The notes below the pieces were generated by a model that was not told the origin of the DNA, ran no database searches, and was given only the letters and a program-made list of their open reading frames with translations. A DNA stretch of 64,000 nt from an uncultured Ohtaekwangia sp. (GTDB taxonomy: Bacteria; Bacteroidota; Bacteroidia; Cytophagales; Cyclobacteriaceae), in the NCBI GenBank assembly GCA_964387475.1, contig CAYLWU010000017.1, forward strand, positions 17,464 through 81,463. Direction: 5' to 3'. This document shows positions 20,697-30,514 of the stretch, piece by piece; position 1 is the first letter of the stretch, and each line of letters opens with the position of its first letter. The position numbers were made by a program, and so were the translations under genes.

Positions 20697-21689
20697 TTGG
20701 TAACGTATAAAAGTTTTACGGGTAGAACGTACGCCAATAACGACTGCGATTGGCAGGAAATTGCGCTTGAGGTCTTTCGGTTTCAGGCCAATGCCTGTGC
20801 CGTGTATCGCGATTATTTGCAGTATCTGGGCAAAAAACCGGCAGATGTTCAAACAATAGCCGAAATCCCTTTTTTGCCGATTTCATTTTTTAAAACCCAC
20901 CTGGTTCAAAGCGGGAATTGGCAAGAGGCGGAGGTTTTCTTCAGCAGCGCCACCACCGGTACCGTAACCAGTAGGCACGCGCTTCCCGACAAAACGTTCT
21001 ACCTCCGCCACGCCTTGCGGCTTTTTGAAGCCGAGTACGGTGCAATTTCAAACTATCATGTGCTGGCGTTATTGCCCGCATATCTTGAGCGGCCGGGCTC
21101 TTCGTTGATTGCCATGGCTGATTTCTTTATTCGAGAATCAGGATCCTCTGAGTCGGGCTTTTTTCTTTACAATCTGGGCGAGCTAACCGCGCGCATCCGA
21201 AAGCTGCTGGAGACCAACCGCAGGGTATTGTTGTTGGGGGTAACTTTTGCGCTGTTGGATTTGGCCGATCAACTGAGCGCCCCGTTTGATCAACGGCTGT
21301 TGGTAATGGAAACCGGAGGAATGAAAGGGCGTAGACCGGAAATCACCCGAAGCGAGCTGCATGGGTTTCTTACCGAAAGGCTGGGCGTTCCGGCCATTCA
21401 CTCCGAATACGGGATGACCGAGTTGTTATCGCAGGCGTATTCCAAAGGCGGCGGTATTTTCAACACCAATGCGTCGCTGCGGGTGTTTATTCGTGATATT
21501 ACCAATCCGCTGGAGTTGGTGCCATTAGGCGAGACCGGTGGGGTAAACGTGGTTGACCTCGCGAACGTGCATAGCTGTAGTTTTATTGAAACGCAGGATT
21601 TGGGCAAATTGCACAGAAATGGCACGTTTGAAATCCTTGGAAGGATGGACAACAGCGATGTTCGGGGCTGCAATTTGCTCGTTAAGTAG
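20697..21689 (+). CDS. LuxE/PaaK-family acyl-protein synthetase-like enzyme
   Basis: IPFLPISFFK, SSATTG, ETGGMKG, SEYGMTEL and GRMDNSDVRGC motifs; TATCTTTG -7 box at 20664-20671. Confidence 0.85.
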   Translation: MVTYKSFTGRTYANNDCDWQEIALEVFRFQANACAVYRDYLQYLGKKPADVQTIAEIPFLPISFFKTHLVQSGNWQEAEVFFSSATTGTVTSRHALPDKTFYLRHALRLFEAEYGAISNYHVLALLPAYLERPGSSLIAMADFFIRESGSSESGFFLYNLGELTARIRKLLETNRRVLLLGVTFALLDLADQLSAPFDQRLLVMETGGMKGRRPEITRSELHGFLTERLGVPAIHSEYGMTELLSQAYSKGGGIFNTNASLRVFIRDITNPLELVPLGETGGVNVVDLANVHSCSFIETQDLGKLHRNGTFEILGRMDNSDVRGCNLLVK

Positions 21690-21728
21690 CCTAATTTGGC
21701 GATAAACGGAAAATCTCAAGAAAATCCG

Positions 21729-21760
21729 TTTGATTTCCGGGTAAAACCTTAATATTTTTG
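21729..21760 (+). promoter_or_regulatory. Bacteroidota housekeeping promoter for the small lipoprotein
   Basis: TTTG (21729-21732) - 20 nt - TATTTTTG (21753-21760). Confidence 0.7.
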
Positions 21761-21778
21761 ATTTCCAAAGCCAACCAC

Positions 21779-21895
21779 ATGAAAAAAATTGCAGCATTTG
21801 TTCTTCTTCTGGTCGTATTCGCTTCCTGTAGCCAATACACCTGTCCTACCTACTCCAAAAAGGAGGTAAAGAAGCCGGCAACCGCCAAAATTTAA
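21779..21895 (+). CDS. Small lipoprotein, 38 aa (MKKIAAFVLLLVVFASCSQYTCPTYSKKEVKKPATAKI)
   Basis: Translated by hand: MKK n-region, hydrophobic core, FASC lipobox; has its own promoter; not in the ORF track. Confidence 0.8.
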   Translation: MKKIAAFVLLLVVFASCSQYTCPTYSKKEVKKPATAKI

Positions 21896-21896
21896 C

Positions 21897-23057
21897 TCAA
21901 AGGTATTTTTCTACGTCCGCTGCGGTGATCTTGTCGCCTGACATGATCACCAGCCGCTCGACCACGTTTCGCAGCTCCCGGATGTTTCCCGTCCAGGTAT
22001 GGTGCTCCAGTAGCTTTACGGCTTTTTCTTCAATTGCCTTCGGCTTGGCTCCATATTCTGTGGAAATGTCTTTCAAAAACTTTTCTGTTAGCGCTGCGAT
22101 GTCCTCTTTTCGATCGCGTAACGCCGGAACGGAAATCACGATTACACTTAGGCGATGGTAAAGGTCTTCGCGAAAGCGGTTTTCGCTGATTTCTTTCTTC
22201 AGGTCTTTGTTTGTGGCAGCAATTACGCGCACGTTTACCGGCAAATCTTTCTCGCCACCCACGCGGGTGATGCGATGCTCTTGCAGCGCGCGCAGCACTT
22301 TGGCTTGGGCGGCAAGACTCATGTCGCCAATCTCATCCAGAAACAGCGTGCCACCATCGGCTTGCTCAAATTTTCCTAAACGCTGTTTTACGGCGGAAGT
22401 GAACGAACCTTTTTCGTGCCCGAACAGCTCGCTTTCGATCAGCTCGCCCGGTATGGCCGCGCAGTTTACTTCAACAAATGGCTGTGCGGCCCGGCTGCTT
22501 TTTTCGTGAATAGATCGCGCTACAAGTTCTTTGCCCGACCCGTTTGGCCCGAGCACCAGCACGCGTGCGTCTGTGGGCGCTACTTTTTCGATCATCTCGC
22601 GCACGTGCTGCAGCGCGGCAGATGTACCCACCATTTCGTACCGGCTGGAGACTTTCTTGCGTAGCGTTTTTGTTTCCGATACAAGGGAGTGATTGTTTAA
22701 TGCATTGCGCAGGGTAACCAGCAGCCGGTTCAGGTCGGGTGGTTTCTGCAGGAAGTCATAGGCGCCTTTACGTGTAGCATCTACGGCCATTTCAGTGGTG
22801 CCGTGAGCCGATACCATGATGAACGAGGTGGCGATGCCTTTTTCTTTGGCACGTTGCAACACTTCCATGCCGTCTATTTTGGGCATCTTAATGTCGCAGA
22901 AGGCCACATCATACGGATTGGTTTCCAGCAGTTGCAAGGCTTCCTGGCCGTCTTTCGCTTCGTCTACTTCGAGCTTCAGCTCTTTTTGATCCTTTAAAAT
23001 GTCTTTCAGTACCGCACGTATGGCGGCCTCATCTTCGATAATCAGAACACGTGGCAT
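21897..23057 (-). CDS. NtrC/NtrX-like response regulator (REC + AAA+), lacking the C-terminal HTH
   Basis: IEDE/DIKMP receiver; GPNGSGKE, ESELFGHEKGSFTSA, FLDEIG and WTGNIREL motifs; ends at VEKYL. Confidence 0.9.
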   Translation of the reverse strand: MPRVLIIEDEAAIRAVLKDILKDQKELKLEVDEAKDGQEALQLLETNPYDVAFCDIKMPKIDGMEVLQRAKEKGIATSFIMVSAHGTTEMAVDATRKGAYDFLQKPPDLNRLLVTLRNALNNHSLVSETKTLRKKVSSRYEMVGTSAALQHVREMIEKVAPTDARVLVLGPNGSGKELVARSIHEKSSRAAQPFVEVNCAAIPGELIESELFGHEKGSFTSAVKQRLGKFEQADGGTLFLDEIGDMSLAAQAKVLRALQEHRITRVGGEKDLPVNVRVIAATNKDLKKEISENRFREDLYHRLSVIVISVPALRDRKEDIAALTEKFLKDISTEYGAKPKAIEEKAVKLLEHHTWTGNIRELRNVVERLVIMSGDKITAADVEKYL

Positions 23058-23079
23058 GTGCAATAAGGGTTAAAAAAAT

Positions 23080-23454
23080 GCAAGCCTGTAAGCCGGGTTC
23101 TGTTCCCCAACACGTTGGGGCTTCTATCATTTATCTGGCTCTGGCTTCGCAACCAGAGTCTAGCAGCCTACCCACCCCGGCAGATTGCTTGCGCAATCAG
23201 GACAAGAGCGGGTCCAGCCCGGGGCCTATTTGGCCTTTCAACTCGTAAGGTTTGCCATGCGCACTTTATCACTAAAATGCCGGTGGGCTCTTACCCCACC
23301 TTTTCACCTTTTCCCCAACGAATCGGGGTAGTTTGTTTTCTGTGGCACTGTCTGTCTCCAAACAAGTTTGGAGCCTTCCCGTTAGGAAGTACGATGCTCT
23401 TATGTTGCCCGGACTTTCCTCTACCGAATTAACGGCAGCGATAGAACGGCTTGC
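23080..23454 (-). ncRNA. rnpB: RNase P RNA, bacterial class A
   Basis: Reverse complement has GAGGAAAGTCCGGGC, AGTGCCACAGAAA, GGTGGGGTAAGAGCCCACC and ACAGAACCCGGCTTA; P1 ends GCAAGCC/GGCTTGC pair; TACTTTTG -7 box at 23459-23466. Confidence 0.97.
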
Positions 23455-23632
23455 CAAGCAAAAGTACAGATGATTTAGAACTCCTGTCGAAATTTGTTTT
23501 TTGAGATTTCATCTGGAGCCATCTCAAAAAAATGAAAAGCGTCATTTCGAGGGAGGTACGACCGAGAAATCCTTGATTGCAGCTGCAAATAGGGATGTCT
23601 CACTTTCGTTCGACATGTTTCTGAGACGGCTT

Positions 23633-24031
23633 TTAGTGAATATCGGCTCCGGTGATTTTCATTTCGAACTGATCGGCAAGATTGGCCACTTCCATAATCA
23701 TTTCGCGAACGGCATCTGCGGATACAGAGCTGGCCTCGGCCACGGCTTCGATTTGCAGGTATCCTTCCGAAATTACAAAGCGGCTGTAATAGAAGTGGGC
23801 AGATTGCTCTAACAGCATGGAAAATGGCATGTCGTGTTGCAACGGGCATACCTTTGAGCTGATGTGGTAAAGCCTGCGGTTGTACAACTCGTTTACGCGC
23901 ACGTAGCCCAATACGGTTTGAAAACGCGCACCCGAAACCGGCACCACAATAATGGCGTGGTCAGGGTCATACATGGTGTACTGGCCATTTACCTGATCAG
24001 CAACCTGGGCCATCACGGCATTTAAATCCAT
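23633..24031 (-). CDS. Hypothetical protein (possible YbjN/chaperone-like alpha-beta fold)
   Basis: 132-aa ORF with RFQTV and EVANLADQFEMKITGADIH; fold is a guess. Confidence 0.7.
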   Translation of the reverse strand: MDLNAVMAQVADQVNGQYTMYDPDHAIIVVPVSGARFQTVLGYVRVNELYNRRLYHISSKVCPLQHDMPFSMLLEQSAHFYYSRFVISEGYLQIEAVAEASSVSADAVREMIMEVANLADQFEMKITGADIH

Positions 24032-24076
24032 GGCAAAGGTGGTTTAGTTGGGAAAAGGTACTAAATGCCCAGCGTA

Positions 24077-24937
24077 CTAAAAATAAACTGCATAGACTTT
24101 TGTGCCACGCGAAGAGAATTCGATTGCTGGCGCAGGCAGGCGAATCATATTCGCCACAAACAACAGCGACTTTACCCATTTTGAGCGAGTGCGGATGGCT
24201 GTAAGATCAAAGTCGAGGCCGAGGTAATATTGGCGATAAGGTGTGAGGGCATCGGTGGCAAGCGGCACACCGCGCGTCATGCCGTGTGCACCATACCCTA
24301 CACTTACATTTAGCCATTTAGGAAAAAGCAAAAACTTATCCATGTCCACCGAGAGCCAATACGTTTGCCCGTTGTAGTCTTTGATGAACTCTTCGTGCAA
24401 GCCACGTCCGAGCAATTCCGGGCGCATGCGTGCAAGTGAAGTACGGTGGAACGAGAATTTAGGATGTACGCGAACTTCGCCCCAGGTTGTTGCCTGCGCC
24501 AGAAAAAGCGCAGAACCAAGGAAGTTTGCCGCAAGATCGCTGGCGGATGCCCCATAGCCTGCGGAGAATCCATCGAAAACTTCGATAGACGATGTCATCG
24601 CAAATGCGGCCACACTTCCCCAGAGTGCCGCCTTTCTTTGCGGTACATTGGCCCATTGAAGTGTGCGGGCAGCCGCGTGACTAATCTGAAAGGAGGAGTA
24701 CAAGTGGCCCACCTTGTCGATCTGTTTCCACTCGGCAGCATCATTAAAAAACCGAAACGATTGCCGCGGATACTGGGCGTACCAAAGTTGGTTTAACGCA
24801 AGCAGCGAGCCGCCATAACCAATGGCCGTGGTGGTAACCAGTGCGGTCAGGCGCTTGTGGTTTACACCCGTGGTATCTGGCTGGCTCCATCCGGGCAAGA
24901 CAACAAGGCTGAGCCAAATACTAAAAACTGCCTTCAT
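24077..24937 (-). CDS. DUF2279/YfiM-family exported protein
   Basis: Signal peptide; LWY, FFND..EWKQIDKVGH, DGFS..YGAS..DLAAN and KDYNGQTYWLS motifs. Confidence 0.85.
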   Translation of the reverse strand: MKAVFSIWLSLVVLPGWSQPDTTGVNHKRLTALVTTTAIGYGGSLLALNQLWYAQYPRQSFRFFNDAAEWKQIDKVGHLYSSFQISHAAARTLQWANVPQRKAALWGSVAAFAMTSSIEVFDGFSAGYGASASDLAANFLGSALFLAQATTWGEVRVHPKFSFHRTSLARMRPELLGRGLHEEFIKDYNGQTYWLSVDMDKFLLFPKWLNVSVGYGAHGMTRGVPLATDALTPYRQYYLGLDFDLTAIRTRSKWVKSLLFVANMIRLPAPAIEFSSRGTKVYAVYF

Positions 24938-27900
24938 TGTTTGTTTCGGATTCCATTTTCAGCTCTCGCCTCCGTCGGTCGCGCGCGGAGCGCAGCAGGT
25001 CTTTTACCTCGTTAAAATTCTGGGTGTGCAGCAAACTAAACCCGGTGGTAATGGGCAATTGGTTTCCCAGCGTATTTTGAATGGTGTTGAAATTAGACCG
25101 GCTATACATTTTAACCTTAAAACGCCCGTCGGGAGTAAGCAGGTAGTCAACGGTCCAGTCGCCCGCCACTGAGGCCACGTTGGCAGTTTGAGCGTTGCCA
25201 AAGGTGCCATCGCGCGTAATGCGCAACCGGCCGTTCAACATCGAGTACGAGAGGCGAAGCTGAAAGGTATTGAATGCCTCTTGATTCATGGACGCCAAAT
25301 CAAGATCAAAATCGATCTCCAGATTTTGATCCATCTGCGAAAGCCAATAGCTCAATTGATTTGAGAGAAATTCGCTCACGCTGTTTTGAATGGTGCCGCT
25401 CGTGTTAAACGCATCGGGGGGTGAGAACCGGCGCAGCACAATGAGACTAAATACCTGTTTCTTTAATTCCTGCTCATCTGCCCGGGCTTTAAATGCATCA
25501 AATTGAAACTTTAGTGGCACGGGGCGTGCGCCGGCCTCGGTTTCGGCTATCACGTTATCGGGTACTTCCGGCGCGGAAAGGTCGAATTGAATTTGTGGCG
25601 AAAGCATCTGGCCATCCAGCTTGAGTAATACTTCTACGGGGTATTTTCTGCGGATGGCCGGAGCGCTGATGACCGACTGATCCGGAAGAATGGGACCGAG
25701 CGATGCGAGCTGCCGGTAGCTGGCAGTGATTTTCATTGTACCTTGGTAAGGATCGCCATACCAGGCGATGTTACTGCCGGGTTTTACGGTAAACTCCTTA
25801 TTGATGATGTCGTACAGGGTGAAGTTATACGCGCCCTCGGTAAACTCAAAAAATCCGAACATGTTAAACCCGCCACGGGAGTCCATGAGCAGTTTGAGAT
25901 CTCCGGTACCCCGCCCCCGAATAATATCGCCTGCCTTGATATCGAAGATGATCTCGGCATAGGCGTCCGGCGTGATGTCAAGATTTAAGTCCAACACAAA
26001 CCCGGATAGGTCGGTCTCGCGATCTTTAATGGGTGTATCCGCCTTTGCGGTTACGGAATCCGTGAAATGAAAAAAATTAATGAAGTCTTTTTTTTCTACG
26101 CTGTTGGTACCGCCAATGGGAATGAAAATCCGGGTGTTTTTTTCCGATTTTGCAGAGGCCGAAATTTTTAAATTGGCGATCGGCCCGAAAATGTTCAGGC
26201 TGCCAGAAGAATACGCCTGGCCATAAAAAAGCTGGTTGTCTTTTGATGTGGTGTTGAGCACCTGCATATTTTTAAAGTCGCAGTCGATGTTAAATCGGAA
26301 ACGTTGAAAATTACGGTGACCAATGCGGCCTTCTAACTCACCTTTGTTTCCTACTACATCCGTTAACTGCATGTTCTCGAAAATGATTTGACTGGCCGTC
26401 ATATTCAATCCACCCTGTATTTGGTAGTACGTGTTTAAGTAGTTTACGCGCAGCCGCCCATCCTGAATTTGCCCCGAGCCTTCGATCAGCGGTTTAAGTA
26501 GTGTGCCGGTGATGGTGTACCGCCCGGTGAGTGTGCCGTCCAAATCAGAAAAAATACCTTTCACCATGGGCTCAATTACTTTAATATTTGCTTTGTTAAA
26601 ATCTGCTTTCAGTTGTATCGTGCTTTCCACGTCCGCGGGTTGATATTTGCCGTTCAAATCCATTAATTTATTTTCACCCCGAATCAACTCAAAGTCCAGA
26701 TTAAACTCATTGCGCTCGCGCACCCAAACATTTTTGCCTATCAGTGTGCCGATCAGAAATTTGTTAAGCGTTAGATCGGTGATGGTAACGTTGTTTTGAA
26801 TATTTGGCGAGCGATATACGTTTTGCAGGGAGATAAAACCATCAAGCTGGCCGGCAAAACTCTCGCTTGAAAAAGAGTTGAGCAATTCCAGATTTACGTG
26901 CTCAAAGGCAAGCCGGAGCTCTGGCTCCGGCTGTTGCGAGATGTAGCCACTGAGCGTGATGGCGGCATCCGGACGGAAAATCCGAAAATCGCGGATGCTG
27001 AACTCCCGGCCTTTCCAGAAAATGGCATTGGTGTTGGAAACGGCCCACTCTTCCCCCAAAGCACGAATGTGCGAGGGTAGCATTTTTAGACGGATACTGT
27101 CTTGCAAAAACGCTACTTCTGTACGGAGATTAACCGAGTTTGGTTGATCTTCTTGTTGTAAATCCAAGGTAACATCAATGTGGTTGCGATCCCAGATCGC
27201 TTCTGCAAATAGTTTTTCTGTTCGCAGCCGAGAACCCAACTTTTGATTCCGAGAGTCAATGGTCAGCATGGCCAACACCGATGTACTATCATTAAACTTT
27301 GACGTACTCAAATCAATGTTGGTGTGGTACAGTTCCTGGTTTTTGTATCGGATGGTATCGATGCTCGTATCAAGATGAAATTGAGTAGCCGCGCCATTCG
27401 AAAAACTGCCGCGCACCAGAATATCGTGATCTACTTCCAGCGGCAATTGAATAAGACTAAATACCGGATTGATATTTAAAAGTTGAATTTGAATATCCGT
27501 ATCGTACGGAACTACGCGTGGCGCTTTGCCTTTTTGTTGGTAGTATTGTTTTTGTGCTTCGCGATCGTTCTCAAAATTCAGCGCAATTTCATCTTTAAAA
27601 TTCAGCAGATCATTAAACAACTGGCCAAACAGAAAATTGCCTTTGATTTCGCCGTGCACCAGGCTGGAGTTTACAGTAAGGGTTCTGTTGGTTTTGGATT
27701 TAACAGACGAAAGCACCAATTCCGGTAACTGGAGTTTCCGGTTGTTGTACACTAATTTGGTTTGCGAGAGCGAAGCACTGCCCACCAGGCTATCGATGGA
27801 TAGGCCTTCGGTGTTGATGTCGAAATTCGTTTGAACAAAAAACTCGTCTTTCATTAAATGGAGTTTGTCCAGCCGCGCGGTATCAATCCGCCCTTTTATT

Positions 27901-29480
27901 TTCAACAGATCTTTCCGGTTGCGTAAGTCAATGGACCCGGTAGCATTGAGTTGGAGGTGCGGGTCGTTAATCGTCAGTTTGCCGTTAAAATACTCGCGGG
28001 CAAATTGTGCGTTGGTTTCAATGTTGGTGTAGTTATAGCGAAAAATGCCAATGGAGGGTATGGAGCCGTTTAGCTTAAAGTTGGCGGTAGCTAGCGTAAT
28101 GCCTCGTCCTTCAATGGCACCATCCATGGTAACTCGCTGAAAGGCCACGGTGTCTTTCGAAAATGTACCTAAGTCAAAGTCAATAAGTTTGAGGTTGCCC
28201 CGATACGTGGTTTGTTCCAGCCGCTCGGGGTCAATTTTCAGGTTGAGGTCAGAAAAGATCGTGCCCGCCGGGCTGAAGATTTCTGCGTCTGCAACAAAAT
28301 CGTTAAGAAAACCCACGAAATTTCCGGCCACACGAAAGCGCCTCAGATTTTGAAGAAATTGCAGCGAGCGTGGCGGAAGCAACGGGGCGAGGTCATGTAT
28401 GTTTACCTGGCCTTCGGTGATGGCGAGATTAATGAATGTCTCGCGCAACGTAGGAAGGCCATCAAAATCTGCCCGGCCTTTCAAGATGGACTGGCCCGTG
28501 CGGACTTCGAGATTGCGTGCACTTAAACGGCCCACCCGGCCGCGAATGTGCCCGGAGATGGCGAGTTCTTCCAAGAGGGTTGCCGCGCCCGTCAACTTCT
28601 GCAATTCGGCTGGGTCGAGGCGGGTGTCTTTAAGCCGCAGATCCATGCGTACTTTCTTTGTGAAATCGGACAAGTCGCTACTGGCGTGGTAGGAAAACAC
28701 GAGTGTATCTGCCAAGCGGCTTTTGCCGGTTTCCAGATCCAGATGGTAAAACTCAAGCGCCTTTTGCGAGTAGCGGAAGAAGGTTTGTAGTTTTTGAATT
28801 GATAACTGCGAGTGTGCTTCTATCGCCTGAAGGTTTTGTACCACAAACTGGGTGGTATCGCCAATCACTTTAAAGTTGGAAAGTAGACCATCCGAAATAT
28901 CGAATTGCAGGTTTGAAGGATCAAATCGGCCAGCTGATAATTTTTCTTTACCGTTGGCATACGTAAACTGGCTGTTGCTTACGCTCAACTCACCGATATT
29001 GATTTTCACACTGGTGCCACCCGGCTTTCCGCTGCTGAACGCCTGTTTGATGCGTTCGATCCATACGTTGAGGTTTAATCTTTGGGTGCTGTCGCTGCTG
29101 ATATTTTTTAACTGCACGCGGGCGCCATCCAATGCAGCACCGTCTACATTGATATCGCCATGTGCGTATAACGACACCAAATCGAACTTGATGTGTAGTG
29201 TTTGGGCCGCCAGCAGCACATTGTTTTCGGGATCTTTTACCTGTAATCCTTCAAGGTGAAGATAATCCCACCACGAGAAATAAAATGATTCGAACGTAAC
29301 GGGAAAACCCGTGGCGGTGGTAAGTTTTTTTGTGTAGCGCTCCAACAAACTTTCCTGTACAACGCGAACCTGAAGTATCAAGAAAGAAAGAACGACAAAC
29401 AGCACCGTTAGGTAGCCGCCATACAGAATGAATCTGCGAAGCCACAGAAGCAGCCGATTTTTGATAAATTGCCAGTTCAT
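24921..29480 (-). CDS. tamB: Translocation/assembly module TamB (DUF490) protein
   Basis: 1519 aa; N-terminal TM anchor; beta-rich repeats; C-terminal GDIIRGRG...WYGDPY...QVFSLIVLRRF. Confidence 0.88.
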   Translation of the reverse strand: MNWQFIKNRLLLWLRRFILYGGYLTVLFVVLSFLILQVRVVQESLLERYTKKLTTATGFPVTFESFYFSWWDYLHLEGLQVKDPENNVLLAAQTLHIKFDLVSLYAHGDINVDGAALDGARVQLKNISSDSTQRLNLNVWIERIKQAFSSGKPGGTSVKINIGELSVSNSQFTYANGKEKLSAGRFDPSNLQFDISDGLLSNFKVIGDTTQFVVQNLQAIEAHSQLSIQKLQTFFRYSQKALEFYHLDLETGKSRLADTLVFSYHASSDLSDFTKKVRMDLRLKDTRLDPAELQKLTGAATLLEELAISGHIRGRVGRLSARNLEVRTGQSILKGRADFDGLPTLRETFINLAITEGQVNIHDLAPLLPPRSLQFLQNLRRFRVAGNFVGFLNDFVADAEIFSPAGTIFSDLNLKIDPERLEQTTYRGNLKLIDFDLGTFSKDTVAFQRVTMDGAIEGRGITLATANFKLNGSIPSIGIFRYNYTNIETNAQFAREYFNGKLTINDPHLQLNATGSIDLRNRKDLLKIKGRIDTARLDKLHLMKDEFFVQTNFDINTEGLSIDSLVGSASLSQTKLVYNNRKLQLPELVLSSVKSKTNRTLTVNSSLVHGEIKGNFLFGQLFNDLLNFKDEIALNFENDREAQKQYYQQKGKAPRVVPYDTDIQIQLLNINPVFSLIQLPLEVDHDILVRGSFSNGAATQFHLDTSIDTIRYKNQELYHTNIDLSTSKFNDSTSVLAMLTIDSRNQKLGSRLRTEKLFAEAIWDRNHIDVTLDLQQEDQPNSVNLRTEVAFLQDSIRLKMLPSHIRALGEEWAVSNTNAIFWKGREFSIRDFRIFRPDAAITLSGYISQQPEPELRLAFEHVNLELLNSFSSESFAGQLDGFISLQNVYRSPNIQNNVTITDLTLNKFLIGTLIGKNVWVRERNEFNLDFELIRGENKLMDLNGKYQPADVESTIQLKADFNKANIKVIEPMVKGIFSDLDGTLTGRYTITGTLLKPLIEGSGQIQDGRLRVNYLNTYYQIQGGLNMTASQIIFENMQLTDVVGNKGELEGRIGHRNFQRFRFNIDCDFKNMQVLNTTSKDNQLFYGQAYSSGSLNIFGPIANLKISASAKSEKNTRIFIPIGGTNSVEKKDFINFFHFTDSVTAKADTPIKDRETDLSGFVLDLNLDITPDAYAEIIFDIKAGDIIRGRGTGDLKLLMDSRGGFNMFGFFEFTEGAYNFTLYDIINKEFTVKPGSNIAWYGDPYQGTMKITASYRQLASLGPILPDQSVISAPAIRRKYPVEVLLKLDGQMLSPQIQFDLSAPEVPDNVIAETEAGARPVPLKFQFDAFKARADEQELKKQVFSLIVLRRFSPPDAFNTSGTIQNSVSEFLSNQLSYWLSQMDQNLEIDFDLDLASMNQEAFNTFQLRLSYSMLNGRLRITRDGTFGNAQTANVASVAGDWTVDYLLTPDGRFKVKMYSRSNFNTIQNTLGNQLPITTGFSLLHTQNFNEVKDLLRSARDRRRRELKMESETNNEGSF

Positions 29481-29491
29481 TCGCGCTTTAC

Positions 29492-30514
29492 ATGATCACC
29501 AACATCCTTGCCATAGAATCTTCGTGCGATGAAACTTCTGCTTCGATTATCCAAGATGGAAAGGTACTTAATAATGTAATTGCCTCGCAAACCGTGCACC
29601 AGAAATATGGCGGTGTAGTGCCCGAGCTTGCCTCGCGTGCGCACCAACTACACATCGTTGATATTGTTAACGATGCGCTGGGGCAAGCCGGTATATCGCC
29701 ACAGCAATTAAATGCCGTGGCATGTACGCGCGGCCCGGGGCTGTTGGGGGCGTTGTTAGTGGGTGTGTCTTACGCAAAGGCCATGGCCTGGTCGTTGGAT
29801 GTTCCGTTAATTGATGTGAACCACATGGAGGCCCACGTTCTAGCACATTTTATAGACGACCCCAAGCCCGCGTTTCCTTTTCTTTGCCTCACGGTAAGCG
29901 GTGGCCACACGCAAATTGTTTTAGTGCATAGCCCACTTCAAATGGAGATTTTGGGTGAGACGTTAGACGATGCGGTGGGCGAGGCGTTCGACAAAGCGGC
30001 AAAGATCATGAGTTTGCCGTACCCTGGCGGGCCGTTAATCGATCAATACGCAGCGCAAGGCAATCCAAAAGCCTTCGTTTTTCCCGGCAGCGATATTCCC
30101 GGCCTCAATTTTTCGTTTAGCGGCATCAAAACGGCCTTTTTGTACTTTTTGCAAGAAGAGGTGAAAAAGAGGCCGGATTTTATTGCCATGCACTTACCGG
30201 ATTTGTGCGCCAGCCTGCAACATCGGCTGGTGCAGATGCTGATGAAAAAATTGGAGTTGGCGGTTCAGCAAACCGGCATCCTTCGGGTGGCTATTGCAGG
30301 CGGGGTGGCGGCCAATCGCGGCCTGCGTGCTGCCCTGCAAAACCGCGTGGAAAAAAAGGGCTGGCATGCGTTCATTCCGGCATTTCAATATTGCACAGAC
30401 AATGCCGCGATGATTGCTATGGCGGCCCACTTCAAATATCAGGCAGGCGCCTTTGCATCGTTAGACATGGCACCCGTTGCGGGGTGGGAAATGAAAAAAT
30501 CTGCGGTGATATGA
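29492..30514 (+). CDS. tsaD: tRNA N6-threonylcarbamoyltransferase TsaD
   Basis: IESSCDET, GGVVPELASR, HMEAH, VSGGHT, GEAFDK and TDNAAMI motifs. Confidence 0.98.
   Translation: MITNILAIESSCDETSASIIQDGKVLNNVIASQTVHQKYGGVVPELASRAHQLHIVDIVNDALGQAGISPQQLNAVACTRGPGLLGALLVGVSYAKAMAWSLDVPLIDVNHMEAHVLAHFIDDPKPAFPFLCLTVSGGHTQIVLVHSPLQMEILGETLDDAVGEAFDKAAKIMSLPYPGGPLIDQYAAQGNPKAFVFPGSDIPGLNFSFSGIKTAFLYFLQEEVKKRPDFIAMHLPDLCASLQHRLVQMLMKKLELAVQQTGILRVAIAGGVAANRGLRAALQNRVEKKGWHAFIPAFQYCTDNAAMIAMAAHFKYQAGAFASLDMAPVAGWEMKKSAVI

Noticed and set aside
23115..23457. ORFs at 23115-23432 and 23272-23457
   Set aside because: They lie within the RNase P RNA gene
30205..30510. Long N-terminal extensions in the track (thioesterase; likewise 59643, 15200, 4648, 41980, 3754)
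   Set aside because: They overlap neighbouring genes; downstream starts fit family N-termini and ATGA coupling
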